NCBI GenBank assembly: GCA_043228905.1 | Contig: JBHGNT010000001.1 | Coordinates: forward strand, 36,270,001 to 36,334,000 | Direction: 5' to 3' | Source: Azolla caroliniana | Lineage: Eukaryota > Plantae > Polypodiophyta | Length of the DNA: 64,000 bases | Shown here: positions 27,601-39,087 of the stretch, piece by piece | Layout: each line of letters starts with the position of its first letter | How positions within the stretch are numbered: position 1 is the stretch's first letter | Program-made: the position numbers and the translations under genes | The notes under the pieces: model-generated | Database searches by the model: none | What the model saw: the letters and a program-made list of their open reading frames with translations, nothing else | Told to the model about the DNA's origin: nothing

Positions 27601-29503
27601 AGTTTTTTGCTTCGAATAGAGAGACAACAATCCATATATGTGTTGATGTGGGGGTGCTTACCTAGGGATTGGTTGAATGTAAAAGGTATTAGATCTTTAC
27701 CTAGGGATTGATTGAACATAAAAGGTATTCAAGAAACGATGGGAGAAATAATTTTCATGGTTATAAAATTACGAGAAGGCTCGAGATGTAATCGCTAGAG
27801 AGATTTGTTTTATGATATGAAAGTCCCAATCCATTAAACAAAATAACAATATATTTTTACTTCATAAAAATATCAAAACATTCACAGTGAAAAACATGTA
27901 CAATCAAGGCTAAATTAGTAAAGATATAATGTTGTCATTTCTCCTTCCTCTGAGGAATGTGCATGTTTTTAGACAAGTTGCGCAATGGAAAGATGCTTTT
28001 CGTTTAATTAACTAGATTACTCAAGTGGTGCCATATGTATATGCATCGAACTACTTTGTATGGATAAATGAGAGTTTTCTTTGAAAGAGATGATGCAAAA
28101 ATGCATTGGAGATATGTAAACTTAACCATTCTCTTGATGTAACACATGTGGAGGTCGAAATAAAGCAAACCAACATTTTTCCCCTCTACATCACCACACA
28201 ATATGGAAGAAAAACTTTGAATACGTGATGACACATACAAGAATATTTCACCCATTTTTTTCACTAACAATGCTCATTTTATTATTTTCTAATAAATTGT
28301 TATAGATATTTAAATGCTTTGAGAATCATTATCTAAGCATGTAAATCAACATACATTTGCATGGCTTCATCATCGGGAAGTTGATTTGTAGATTGGGTAC
28401 GATTGATGAAATTGTTTCCATCTATCATACACGATGGCATGTTAGTTGGCATAGAACTCCTACACTTGTCATATTAACAATCAGGAATTTGCACTATCTA
28501 TTACAAAATATGTTTTGCCATGTCAACAACAAGAAAAGGAATTCATCTTAACATGCATTTACCCAATTGTAATCAAAATAATGATGATTATCAACCATGT
28601 AGACTAGGGATGACATCAATTTAAATTAGACACCATCTAATACATTGATTGAGCAAAGGTTAGAGCCACATGTGCCAAGTTTTAACTAGGAATGAATAAA
28701 CGTTATCCTCTTTTAGATGAAGTATCGCCAAGGGAAGAGTGGTTGCCATCTTCGCAAGGGTGATATTTTTCATGCTTTGGTTGTCTATCATAAAATAAGA
28801 CTATAAATGATGCTTTACAATCAAAGTAAAGAAAATTTTGAAAGAAAAAAACCGACAAGTTGATACACCATTGTGTGCATTATGATTGGTAATAAATAAT
28901 CATGTGAACTAATTTGTAGTTGTTCATGTGCTCATGTGGCAAGATCTTGGTTATTTTAAGGAACCTCTTTAAAATAACACCATTTGATTGAATGATGGAG
29001 AATAATCTCTAGCTAACTTTGTCGTAGGATGTATCAATACTGAGCACATATTTTTAATTGGGTCACAAGGCTTTTGCATGAGATTGATATAGTACATGCT
29101 ACAAAAGGCTACGAGAAACATAGTTGTACATTTGGTGGTTATGATGTCTCTTTATCTCTCAATGTTTAGGAGCTTTACTAATGAATTATTGCAATTGAGA
29201 ATGCACATCGTGAGAGTGGGAAGCTCCATGTGCGGGGTTTTAAAAATGAGGGGGACGTAGATGAATGTAATCGAAGACGGAGGGAGCAGCGTAGTATGAA
29301 AGTTTCATGGCTTAGACTCACGGTACTTAGTGGAAGATGTGATGCTAAAGCCCGCGAACTTGCTAGTTGAGTGAGATACTCAATATTTATCAAATTTCCA
29401 CTCACTTGACAGGGGTGTTCACATTCTCACTTTTTCCACAAACTATAGAACCTCTTTACTAAATTAAATCACTTGACACTCACACTCACACACTCTCTCT
29501 TTC

Positions 29504-29507
<4 letters not shown>

Positions 29508-29596
<89 letters not shown>

Positions 29597-29598
29597 AG
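29508..29598 (+). promoter_or_regulatory. (CT)n(CA)n microsatellite followed by a TATA box
   Basis: Compound repeat then ATATATATAAG, about 55 bp upstream of the ATG at 29651. Confidence 0.6.
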
Positions 29599-29650
29599 TC
29601 TAATGGTGTGTATGTAGCCCCTTTGATAACATTATTCCATAAAATCCCCA

Positions 29651-30487
29651 ATGGCACCTTCTCCTCTAATATTAGTATTGGTCCTCACCATCTCTCTCCT
29701 TCTCCTCATCAATCTCACATGTATACTCCCCTCCCCATCTTCTGCCCAACAAACCCAATCACACATCCTCCACCGCCAAGCTCAAGAGCTCGTCCCCGTC
29801 GACATCATCTCAACGGCATTCGATGCTATCATGGTAAAAAATTTCATTATGAAGAAGAAGAAGAAGAAGAATGGACATCCATCATTACCCGAAGAAGATG
29901 AACCTACAATGTGGCACTGGCATCTCTTCAACAATGAACTTACACCCACTCGAGTCGTTAATGTTCATCCGTCCGTGCACACAAGTGTCCACACTTCATC
30001 TTTGTCAAACAGAGGCGAAATCTTTGTCCACCACCGCCCACCACGTCGTTTCCTTGTTAATAATAATAATGCCTCGCCAACATGGCCGGGCATCCATGCT
30101 AATAGTATGCCATATCCACATACCACTCAAAAGATGGCCCCTAGTGGTGGTGATACTAATAGTGGTACCCCAAGTATGCCTCTCCCACAATTCCCGACAC
30201 TTGGCCCACCAATGGTATGGTCTTTTCCGTCACCTCCAAATGTAATACCTCCTCCGCTACCACAATATCACTATCACGGTCATCATATGCCTCTTTACCC
30301 TGGTTTCAAGAACCCATACATAACTACACCCCCAAGAACTCGGAAACACTCTCATTATGATCATCACATCCTATATGCACCACCCCCGACCGATGTCATT
30401 AATGCCGCCGAACCTGTGGCCTCTCCTGGCATTGATGAGGAAAGAGCTCCCCGGCCGGTTTCTGGTGGCCCTTTACCCCTGGCTTAG
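29651..30487 (+). CDS. Intronless secreted Pro/His-rich protein (278 aa) with a CLE-like C-terminus
   Basis: ATG downstream of a TATA box, strong hydrophobic signal peptide (LILVLVLTISLLLLI..PSSA), Lys6 tract, Pro/His-rich body, ending RPVSGGPLPLA*. Confidence 0.75.
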   Translation: MAPSPLILVLVLTISLLLLINLTCILPSPSSAQQTQSHILHRQAQELVPVDIISTAFDAIMVKNFIMKKKKKKNGHPSLPEEDEPTMWHWHLFNNELTPTRVVNVHPSVHTSVHTSSLSNRGEIFVHHRPPRRFLVNNNNASPTWPGIHANSMPYPHTTQKMAPSGGDTNSGTPSMPLPQFPTLGPPMVWSFPSPPNVIPPPLPQYHYHGHHMPLYPGFKNPYITTPPRTRKHSHYDHHILYAPPPTDVINAAEPVASPGIDEERAPRPVSGGPLPLA

Positions 30488-32052
30488 AACTATTAACCCA
30501 ACACATTATAACTACTTTTATGAGGTCGCATGTTCTTGTAATACCCATACTTTTTGGTTTACAATACCATTATAATCAAAACATATTGGTTGTTTGTAAA
30601 TTCTTCACATTTGGGAGCTTCATAGCTTCATCCCACTTGCACTTTCATGTGGAAAATTTGTTTTAATATAGTTCCCAACATTTATCAATGAGATAGAATT
30701 ATTTGTTGACATTATATTTTTGCAATCAATTACACATGTCATGCTTGTAGAAATAGAGTTAAGGTCATTTACACTGTACATTGTTATTGTCATCTTTGTG
30801 GTAACTGCTCTAAGCTTTCTTTTCAATGATGTCTTGCGGGCTGCTTCATAGGCACAATATGCAACCTTTTTAATATTTTGAGAAATATCATTGTTTCAAT
30901 TGTGTCTCTTTTTCATCCAGCTTCTTTTGTTCACAAAGGAGTGTCCATAGTTTCTTGATGTTTGTGAAAAAAGGAACAAAAGCTAGGGTCAAAACCTAAC
31001 AAATACATTTGGAGCTAATGCTTCTATAGGATTGGGTTTTGTAACCCGTGTCATGGGTTATGCTTATATCTAGATGGGATTTCTAAATAACTTGCAAGCC
31101 TAAAGACATGATGAAATGTTGTGTGATGCAATTGGGGTGCGTCATTATTGCATCAGTCAATATGTGTATAGATAGGTAGAGAGAGAGACCCCAAATAATG
31201 GTAAAAATATTTCTTGGGGTTCTATTTGGTTGTCGTTGATGCCTTGGAGTTGTATCACACTCTCCAATGACATCTCTTTGAAGGGAAGGCACGTGAATGA
31301 TTGATTCTACTCAATCTCATTTCCCCCTCGAAACCCCACTCCTCTCAATAGTTTGATTTTCACCACTACATTGCATATAAATAAAAATTAAGCAAATCAG
31401 AACCAAGAGCTTAAGAAATCTATGCAAATAAACAAAATATTGATTTAACATCTTGTGACTTTGCACGAGAATATTTGGTATGGAAATCTCGAGTATTAAG
31501 ATAGTAATATCCTAGAGTAATTACGAATCTCAAATTTTATAATATTTATACTTCACAAGATTAATATCCACATTCAGTATCAATTTAGTAGATAATTAAT
31601 TGTTTCATGTTTCATGAAGATGCCCTTGTGGGAATGAAGAATCAACCTTCTTCATTGCTCTACAAGGTCAATTCGATCAATTCCAACAAAATGATTGATT
31701 TCATTAATTTCATCACATCCAATACTCTTCCCACCATTAAACTCAAAGTTAGAGAATAGACATGTGATTGCATTGATCGCAAGATTATAATTGTTTTTGG
31801 GCTGTTAACTCATTTTCAAGAACAAATAAATCACACATGCTAGATACTTGGTGGTCACTTACCCTCTTGAAAGATTTTCCACATTTTGGTAAATACAACC
31901 TACCTTTAGGTAAAATTTATTTTCTTAGCTAACTTTGTTTTAAGAATGTCTAAATATGTAATGTTTCACTACAATGGTGTGTTCTTTACAAAATATTTTC
32001 TAAGAAATTTGTCTAAACCTACGATTGTTCATCCAGTGGAGAACGTGGAGAA

Positions 32053-32421
32053 ATATCACAAGATAGCTATATGCATACATTTAGCCATGAATAAAATAAC
32101 GTGGCCCCAGAAATGAGTTATTTGGTTGAAATCACACAAGTATAGCAACATATAAAGTTGCAATATGATAGCACACATGTAGCTATATGTATATGTATAC
32201 ATTTAGCCAAGAATAAAATGGCGTGGCTCTTGAAATGAATTATTTGGTTGAAACCACACAAGTATAGCAGCATATAAAGTTCCAATATGATATCACACAA
32301 GTAGTTATATATGGATACATTTAGCCAAGAATAAAATGGCGTGGCCCTTGAAATGAATTATTTGGTTGAAATCACTCAAGTATAGCAACATATTAAGTTC
32401 CAATATGATATCACACAAGTA
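32053..32421. repeat. Tandem repeat, about 120-bp unit x3
   Basis: TACATTTAGCCA.GAATAAAAT..CGTGGC...TTATTTGGTTGAAA.CAC.CAAGTATAGCA occurs three times. Confidence 0.93.
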
Positions 32422-33303
32422 TCATAAAATGGTCCTTGAAACAAATTACTTCATAGGAATGTACTTGTGACAAATATACAAAATCAGCCAAGACAGTGAC
32501 AATAATGTTGTGATACCACCAATGTGAGAACACTTCTTGAGACGCTGCAATTATCTAGGTGATTGGAGCATATAAACATAAAGCACATAACGTGTGCTCT
32601 AAAACAGAGGAAATGGTGTTTTATTCAGCACATCTCTCTAGAAAGAGAACTTATGACAAGAATTCTTTAGCTCAAAGAAAAATGACTCATAAAAAAGTAT
32701 ATTGTAAGTGTACTAGTAGCTCGATAGACTTGAACCATGGTCATCCATTTTACACTACTACACCAACTCCATCTTTCTGTCATAAACTATCATTTTTGTC
32801 CATATAAAAGACAGTCTTGATGAATGCCTCTGTATCATACCAACATAAGCAAAAGTAAACTTAGATATAATATATCTGAAAAGTACACAAGATTATTTGT
32901 TATGAAATGAATTGACTCAGAGCCTGTTAAGATACAAAATCATATTTACCTTGCTTGATCAGTAAGAACGTGTTGGTCGATTACGTCTGGCCTTTGACCT
33001 CAGTTGCCACAGTAGAGATATCCCTTAAGAGACTTGAAAAAGAACGAAGAATGTGTCACAATCGAGATGCTTTATCCACATAGGAGATGTCTCTGACCAA
33101 CAAGCCAAATCACATTACTGTAAACACTCCCGATTCTCTCTTGCTCTGGCACCTTACAAAGAGAGAAGAAACAAATAGAATCACCATCAAAATCAAAAGA
33201 CTGTATGCCTACATAACAATTGTGCAAAATCAATCCAACATTTTAAATGGTAGGCAATACAAATATTACACCCCATTTTTACTTATTGGATGTTAACAAG
33301 AAT

Positions 33304-33449
33304 GGACCTAAGTTTTCAAAACTTCTCCAGAATACCTTTGTATGCCAAAAACCTTTAATATTAAGGATATTCTGGTCATTTTTGAAAACTCACATGTGCT
33401 ATTGGTCAATATTCAAAAACATTTCAAGGGTATTTTGGTGATTTCGTCC
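33304..33449. mobile_element. Small MITE-like element with imperfect terminal inverted repeats
   Basis: GGAC...CTCCAGAATACCTTTG on the left is inverted relative to CAAGGGTATTTTGGTG...GTCC on the right. Confidence 0.4.
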
Positions 33450-33539
33450 TAAATTTGTAATACCTGGTAATATACAACTCCATGAAGAAAATGTCGGTTA
33501 TACATGGCATATTGTATTCTTCTAAAACCTTAATAATCG

Positions 33540-36404
33540 TCAAGTCATTGGCTCCATAACTGACTCTAGTTGAGGCCAGTATCCGTTCTTCTTTAATAAA
33601 GTATTTAAATATTGGATCTTGAAACTGATTTCCACATTTGATGGATGGCTATCATCATTCACTACAAATTCATGTACATTATCATCCACCTCAATCCATG
33701 CCATCCCAGGTTTCTTCCAAGCATGTGCACATTTCCTATATTCTTGCACCTTTTTAACCTCCTCCCATAGCTGAGCCTCCACATAAATATTGGACATCAA
33801 CACATGCCCTGATGCGTCATCAGTATCGAGTCTCGAAACTTGATCAAAGCATCTCACCCCTAATTCAACATTTCCATATAATCTACAACTGGATAGTAAA
33901 GATACCCAAGTCAAGAAATCTGGTGTTCCTGGGTAGCTATCAAGATAATCTTTCGCATCTTGGAAGCATCCTGCACGACCGAGAAGATCGATCATACAAC
34001 TATATTGTTCAGCACTCGGCGATATACCATACCGTTCTTTCATCAAGTTGAAATAGAACTGACCTTCTCCAAGCTCACCATTATGACTGCATGCTGAAAG
34101 AATGTTGGTGAACATCACACCATCAGGTTTGACTCCGGTGCTACTCATATCATCAAGATATAATTGAACTTCTTTGAAGTTTCCATGTTGAGCATATCCG
34201 GATATCATTGCACCCCATGCAACCACATTTCGAATACACAACTTAACAAACACTTTTTGCGCACTTTCTAATCTCCCACATTTCATATACATATCAATCA
34301 ATGCATTTCCAATTGTAACATCGGATTCAAACCCCTCTCTGATAATCTCATCAAATACAAGATTCCCATGTTTGATGGATCCCACACTCCCACATGCTTT
34401 CAAGACACACAAGAAAGTAACTTTATCTGGTTTCATGCCTTCATATTGCATCTTTTTATAAAGGTCAAGTGCAGAGATGCCACAACCATGTGAAGCATAT
34501 CCTGCCACCATCGATGCCCATGATACTAAATCCCGATTGGGCAAATTATCAAAGACTTGTCGTGCCTCCTCTAAGCACTTGCATCTCACATACATGTCAA
34601 CAAGAGAGCTCCCGACGATCATATTTGATTCATATCCAATATTGACTATCTCTTCGTGTATCACCTTTGCTTTTGTCAATGCTTCTATCCTACCACATGC
34701 TTTCATGGCACATGAAAAGGCTGTTTCATTAGGTATTATTCCACTTTCTGTACGCATCCTTTGAAAAAGTTTGAGGGCAATGGAAAAATGCCCTTGTTGA
34801 ACATACCCCGACATCAGAGCACTCCACGAGACCCCATTTCGGTTGGATAAATTTTCGAACACTTGGTGTGACTCATTCATGACTCCACATTTTGCATACA
34901 TGTCTATAAGGTTATTTCCGATAACACTTGAGACACATCTGTGCTTGCAGATGTCATGATGTATCATCCTACCTTGACTGATTGCTCTAGAAATTGCACA
35001 TGCTTGTAAACCATATGATAACATGATTTCACTTGGCGTGAAACCATCCTCTAACGTCCTTTCAAAGGACTGAAGAGCAGAAAAACCATCTCCATAGACT
35101 ATATATCCTCCTATCAAAGACTCCCATGACATTACATTTGGTTGCGGCAACTTATTAAAGACTTCACGTGCCTCTTTCACACAATGACACTTGCCATACA
35201 TGTCAATAATTGCATTTAAGACAACTATATCTGAATTGAATTCACTATTCATGATATTTTCATGTATGTGCCGGCCCTTTTCAATAGTGCCTAGGTAGCT
35301 GCAAGCTTTGATGATGCATAAATAAGTGATTTTGTCAGGCCTTACTGAACTCTCTTGCATTGTCTCAAACAATTCAATAGCAAACGAGGCATAGCCATGT
35401 TGGACATATCCACCAATCAATGCACCCCATGACACCATAGAACATGTGGATAAGTTCTCAAATACTCTGTGAGCCTCATCAAGGTTACCACATTTTGCAT
35501 ACATGTCAAGAAGTGAATTACTAACAACTGCGTCTACATCAAGGCCAACACTAACAATATGATGATGAAGGTCTCTTCCTTTCTCTATTGCGCATATGCT
35601 TGCACATGCTTTTATAAGACCCAAAAATATAACTTTATCCGGGTATACATTTAGATCTTGCATTTTCTTAAATAGGTTCAGGGTTAGAAGACCTTGTCCA
35701 TTATTTGAATAGCCAAGAATCATCACTCCCCAAGAGACCAAAGTAGGGTTAGCTAAACTTTTAAATACAGAATTTGCCTCACCTAAAGCCCCAAGTTTAG
35801 AATACATATCAATAAGACTATTCGATATCGCTACATTTGATTCAAACAGATTCTTCATGATTTGATCATGAATAAGATATCCCTGTATTACACATCCAAT
35901 GTTACCACATGCTTTCAAGAGGAACAGAAATGTGACTATGTCGGGTTTTATGTACTTCTTTCCGAGCATTTCTTGGTATAGTAAAAGAACTCTCTCATTG
36001 TTTCCTTTCTGGAGATATGCCGACATGATCGCGTTCCACGAATGTACAGTCGGAACTGCAACCTTATTGAAAAGGTCATTTGCTTCTTGTAAACATCCAC
36101 AATCACCAAAGATACGAATAAGTTGATTACTCAAAGCAGAAACAGAGCCAAGACCGTTTCTCTCCATAAGGGCTAGAACTCGGCGACTCGCTGAAATATC
36201 CTTCTTTTTAGTGCATTCTTGCAAAATGTGAAATATATTTTGTCTCAATAATGGCAGTCCTTGTGAATCCATAATCTCAAGCATTTGAAGCTCACTTCCT
36301 AGACTGCGATTCTCTATCATACGACCGTCAGGATAAGAAGCAAAATGCCTTCTTTTCTGCGCATTTATGAGGCATAGTTTTACATATGATGCTCTGTTCC
36401 ACAT
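33540..36404 (-). CDS. PLS-class pentatricopeptide repeat protein, E+ subclass (organellar RNA-editing factor), intronless
   Basis: About 954 aa from the first ATG at 36404 (the ORF-track start at 36416 is GTG). Repeated P-L-S motifs (..SLIDMYxKCG..A..VF..L....VSW), an E domain (YSCMIDLLGRAG), a PG box (KKPGMAWIEV..VHEF) and the ending GYWP; no HxE/CxxC deaminase motifs. Confidence 0.95.
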   Translation of the reverse strand: MWNRASYVKLCLINAQKRRHFASYPDGRMIENRSLGSELQMLEIMDSQGLPLLRQNIFHILQECTKKKDISASRRVLALMERNGLGSVSALSNQLIRIFGDCGCLQEANDLFNKVAVPTVHSWNAIMSAYLQKGNNERVLLLYQEMLGKKYIKPDIVTFLFLLKACGNIGCVIQGYLIHDQIMKNLFESNVAISNSLIDMYSKLGALGEANSVFKSLANPTLVSWGVMILGYSNNGQGLLTLNLFKKMQDLNVYPDKVIFLGLIKACASICAIEKGRDLHHHIVSVGLDVDAVVSNSLLDMYAKCGNLDEAHRVFENLSTCSMVSWGALIGGYVQHGYASFAIELFETMQESSVRPDKITYLCIIKACSYLGTIEKGRHIHENIMNSEFNSDIVVLNAIIDMYGKCHCVKEAREVFNKLPQPNVMSWESLIGGYIVYGDGFSALQSFERTLEDGFTPSEIMLSYGLQACAISRAISQGRMIHHDICKHRCVSSVIGNNLIDMYAKCGVMNESHQVFENLSNRNGVSWSALMSGYVQQGHFSIALKLFQRMRTESGIIPNETAFSCAMKACGRIEALTKAKVIHEEIVNIGYESNMIVGSSLVDMYVRCKCLEEARQVFDNLPNRDLVSWASMVAGYASHGCGISALDLYKKMQYEGMKPDKVTFLCVLKACGSVGSIKHGNLVFDEIIREGFESDVTIGNALIDMYMKCGRLESAQKVFVKLCIRNVVAWGAMISGYAQHGNFKEVQLYLDDMSSTGVKPDGVMFTNILSACSHNGELGEGQFYFNLMKERYGISPSAEQYSCMIDLLGRAGCFQDAKDYLDSYPGTPDFLTWVSLLSSCRLYGNVELGVRCFDQVSRLDTDDASGHVLMSNIYVEAQLWEEVKKVQEYRKCAHAWKKPGMAWIEVDDNVHEFVVNDDSHPSNVEISFKIQYLNTLLKKNGYWPQLESVMEPMT

Positions 36405-36973
36405 TATTTGCGGCACGGAAATGGAAAAGAAAGAATAACAATAGAGATGTGACGTGATTTCTTACGTTATGGAGGCCAGAGTGGATTGCCATGGCCAGGC
36501 ATGGCTGTTGAATACAGTTGATTTAGATGCATGCAGGAATGAGATTCCTGTTCCTCTGTGTCATTTCTGTGCATTTTCTGTGTGCCTGTATCCTCCATTG
36601 CATGGGCTGGATTCGAACTCGCGACTTCCAGGGGAGTTTAGAGGGCAGTATCCGGGCGGCCACACGCGGAACGGAAAGACAGCCCGAACATACATAAACA
36701 TTGGGCGTGTGAATGCTGCTCTTATGTTTGAAGTCCCCCCCACCTCTGTTCCATTCATACATCCCTCCTCTATATGTAGACTTGTAGTGTGTCGGGCGGG
36801 CCTCAGCAAAATGCTATGCTTGGCTAGGGGCATAATGCAATTTCTTGCCTCTCCATGTGGAGTCTGGACCCATCGTGTTCGTTGTATGCCCTTCTACATG
36901 TTTCGTGATCATATAACAAACTCCCTACACCTCCCAAACCTGACCAATATAGATACTTTCCCTAGCAATCACA

Positions 36974-37096
36974 GTCGGGTTTCATCTTTATGTTGAGCCA
37001 CACAAGATGTTGGAACTCTAGTTTGATGGGGACCTCTCACGGTCAGGTAGGGTCCCAACACCTTTTGTGGCTTGCTCTACACAAGATAAACCCGAC
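36974..37096. mobile_element. About 120-bp inverted-repeat element (MITE-like hairpin)
   Basis: Left arm GTCGGGTTTCATCTT..GAGCCACACAAGATGTTGGAACTCTA pairs imperfectly with right arm TAGGGTCCCAACACCTTTTGTGGCTT..AAGATAAACCCGAC. Confidence 0.65.
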
Positions 37097-37734
37097 ATCT
37101 TGTGTGTGTGTGAAGATGACTTCTATGAACCCTTCGAGCTACTCGTAATTAGCTACCCACAATGAATATCGGTTATTTACATTTCCCCGCTTAACGATGC
37201 CTTTATCATTTCTAGTTCTTCGGTGTCATTGTTGGTCATGCCCCTTTTGCCATATTGTTTCAGTATGACAAAGTCTAAATATTCTCGGGAGGTTTTTGCT
37301 CGCTTTGAGCTTTTCTATTAGTAACATAATGCATTCCTAAAAGAAAAACATGTATTCTTGTGAGGAACCACATTTCCTTCGCCAAAATATGCTTGGGATA
37401 TTGCCTTTCAATGTGTTGGTACAACAAAAATCCGCATTTTCCACTAATAACATGTGTAAAACATTGTTATATTTGTTGTATAAGACGACACTCTCACATG
37501 CATTATCTCGTTGAACACAACATGGTTATCATCTTGAAATACTAGGTGCAACCTAAAGAACCTCCCTTGTAGAGAGGGGGAGAAAAACAATCATAAGTGA
37601 GGGGCCATAGCGAAACACTTCGATTGTACAAATTAAGGAAATTAAAGATAATGCAAGGTATTCAACGAGCCCAACAACCCAAAGGTTTGATCAAATGCAT
37701 ATGAATGATCATATTTAACAACATAATGAAACAT

Positions 37735-39087
37735 GGAGGCTTAGAAATGACAGGGTTCCGATGGGGGAGGCGAGAGAACATGCATGGTTCGATCTCTTTG
37801 ACGAGGCTGGAATGGTCAAGTCGCTAAAGGGCATGAGCGGATCGGGGAGTGATACAGTTTTTGGGGACAGCCAGAGCAGCGGCTCTTGGCACCCAATCCA
37901 AGTGGTGGCACAGATTGATAACATCTGGAAGACAGACCCGGATGTTGCTAAGGTGGAACCCCATTGGAGGTTAAGGGTATACGGTTGTCGCCCCCTTGTC
38001 GATCTGGATTGGGACCCCGGGGATTTCAGATGGAAACATGACGATAGACTCCACCACTAAATTGGGTCGGACTTTGCAACTGCAGCCAGGCGGCCCCCTT
38101 CGCAATGGCTGGTGAACATTGGGCATCCCCGATGAGGCGCTCATTGCCTTTTGGAAGGGTCTTTGGCGTCTCCACATGCCTGAAAAGATTAAGCTCTTTT
38201 GGTGGTAGATCGGTCATAATGTGGTGCCCGTTGGCGAATGGTTAGATAAACGTGGCGGCCCGTTAGGCTGCCCACTGTGCTCTCTACCTATTGAGTCTCT
38301 GAGACATTGTTTGTGGGATTGCCCTTAAGCTCAAAAGGTATGGGATAGAGTGACTCGCCTCCTTGTGGCATGTGAAGTTGAAGGAACAACCTCGTGGAGC
38401 GCTGCGGCATGGATTGATCACTCGGTCGAAGGGTGGACGGACGTCGTCAATGCGGATAGTTGGTGCTATGTATGCACGAGAGGCAAAATCGTCAAGATCC
38501 GTTTTGAAAGAGGCTTGCAGCCCGCATCCCCTAGGTTTCCGGAAATCTGGATGTTGATCGTAGGTTTCACCTTGTGGTATATATGGAAAGCGCGTTGCCT
38601 CAAGGTCTTCCAAGGTACGGTACGGCCCCCAGAGGAAGTGATCATGGACATATGGTTCGCGCTTATCAGCTGCCTACGAGGGCAACTGGAAGAGGTTTGC
38701 AGCCACTCCAACGACGTGACCACTGCCCGTTTGCGCTTTTGGCAAAAATGGCGGAACACACCTATGGTGATGCAAGGCGGGAGTGGCCCGAGGTGGAACT
38801 ACCAGCCCCCACGTTGGTTGTTTCCTACTCACCTGCCACCCTCTCTTCGGTGTAGGCCCCAAGAGCTGACTCGTACTAGGCAACATTGAAGGGCATCGCC
38901 TTGGATATAGGTAGCTTCTTACATTAAGTTAGGCCGCAAGGCAATGTAAGTGGCTCATCTTCTTTGGCTTGATCGGAGGAAGTCTCCCCGATGTGTGTAT
39001 AAGTCTCCTTATAGACTCTATGTAATAATCCTTCCTAACTAATGGGAAAGTAGCTTTACTTTGAAAAAAAAAAAAAAAAAAAAAAAA
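37735..39087 (+). mobile_element. 5'-truncated L1-type LINE (zf-RVT, C-terminal domain, 3'UTR, A24 tail)
   Basis: GC-rich island. Translation FWKGLW..PEKIKLFWW*IGHNVVP..CPLC..ESLRHCLWDC is zf-RVT and continues to a stop at 38889. One frameshift near 38050 and three in-frame stops. Pure poly(A) at 39064-39087. Confidence 0.9.

Noticed and set aside
32053-32421. CRISPR-like array
   Set aside because: Whole units repeat with no unique spacers, in a eukaryotic context with no cas genes.
36454-36996. 180-aa ORF antisense to the PPR promoter
   Set aside because: No domain, and it runs through the tRNA-like island and into a MITE; likely a chance ORF in GC-richer DNA.
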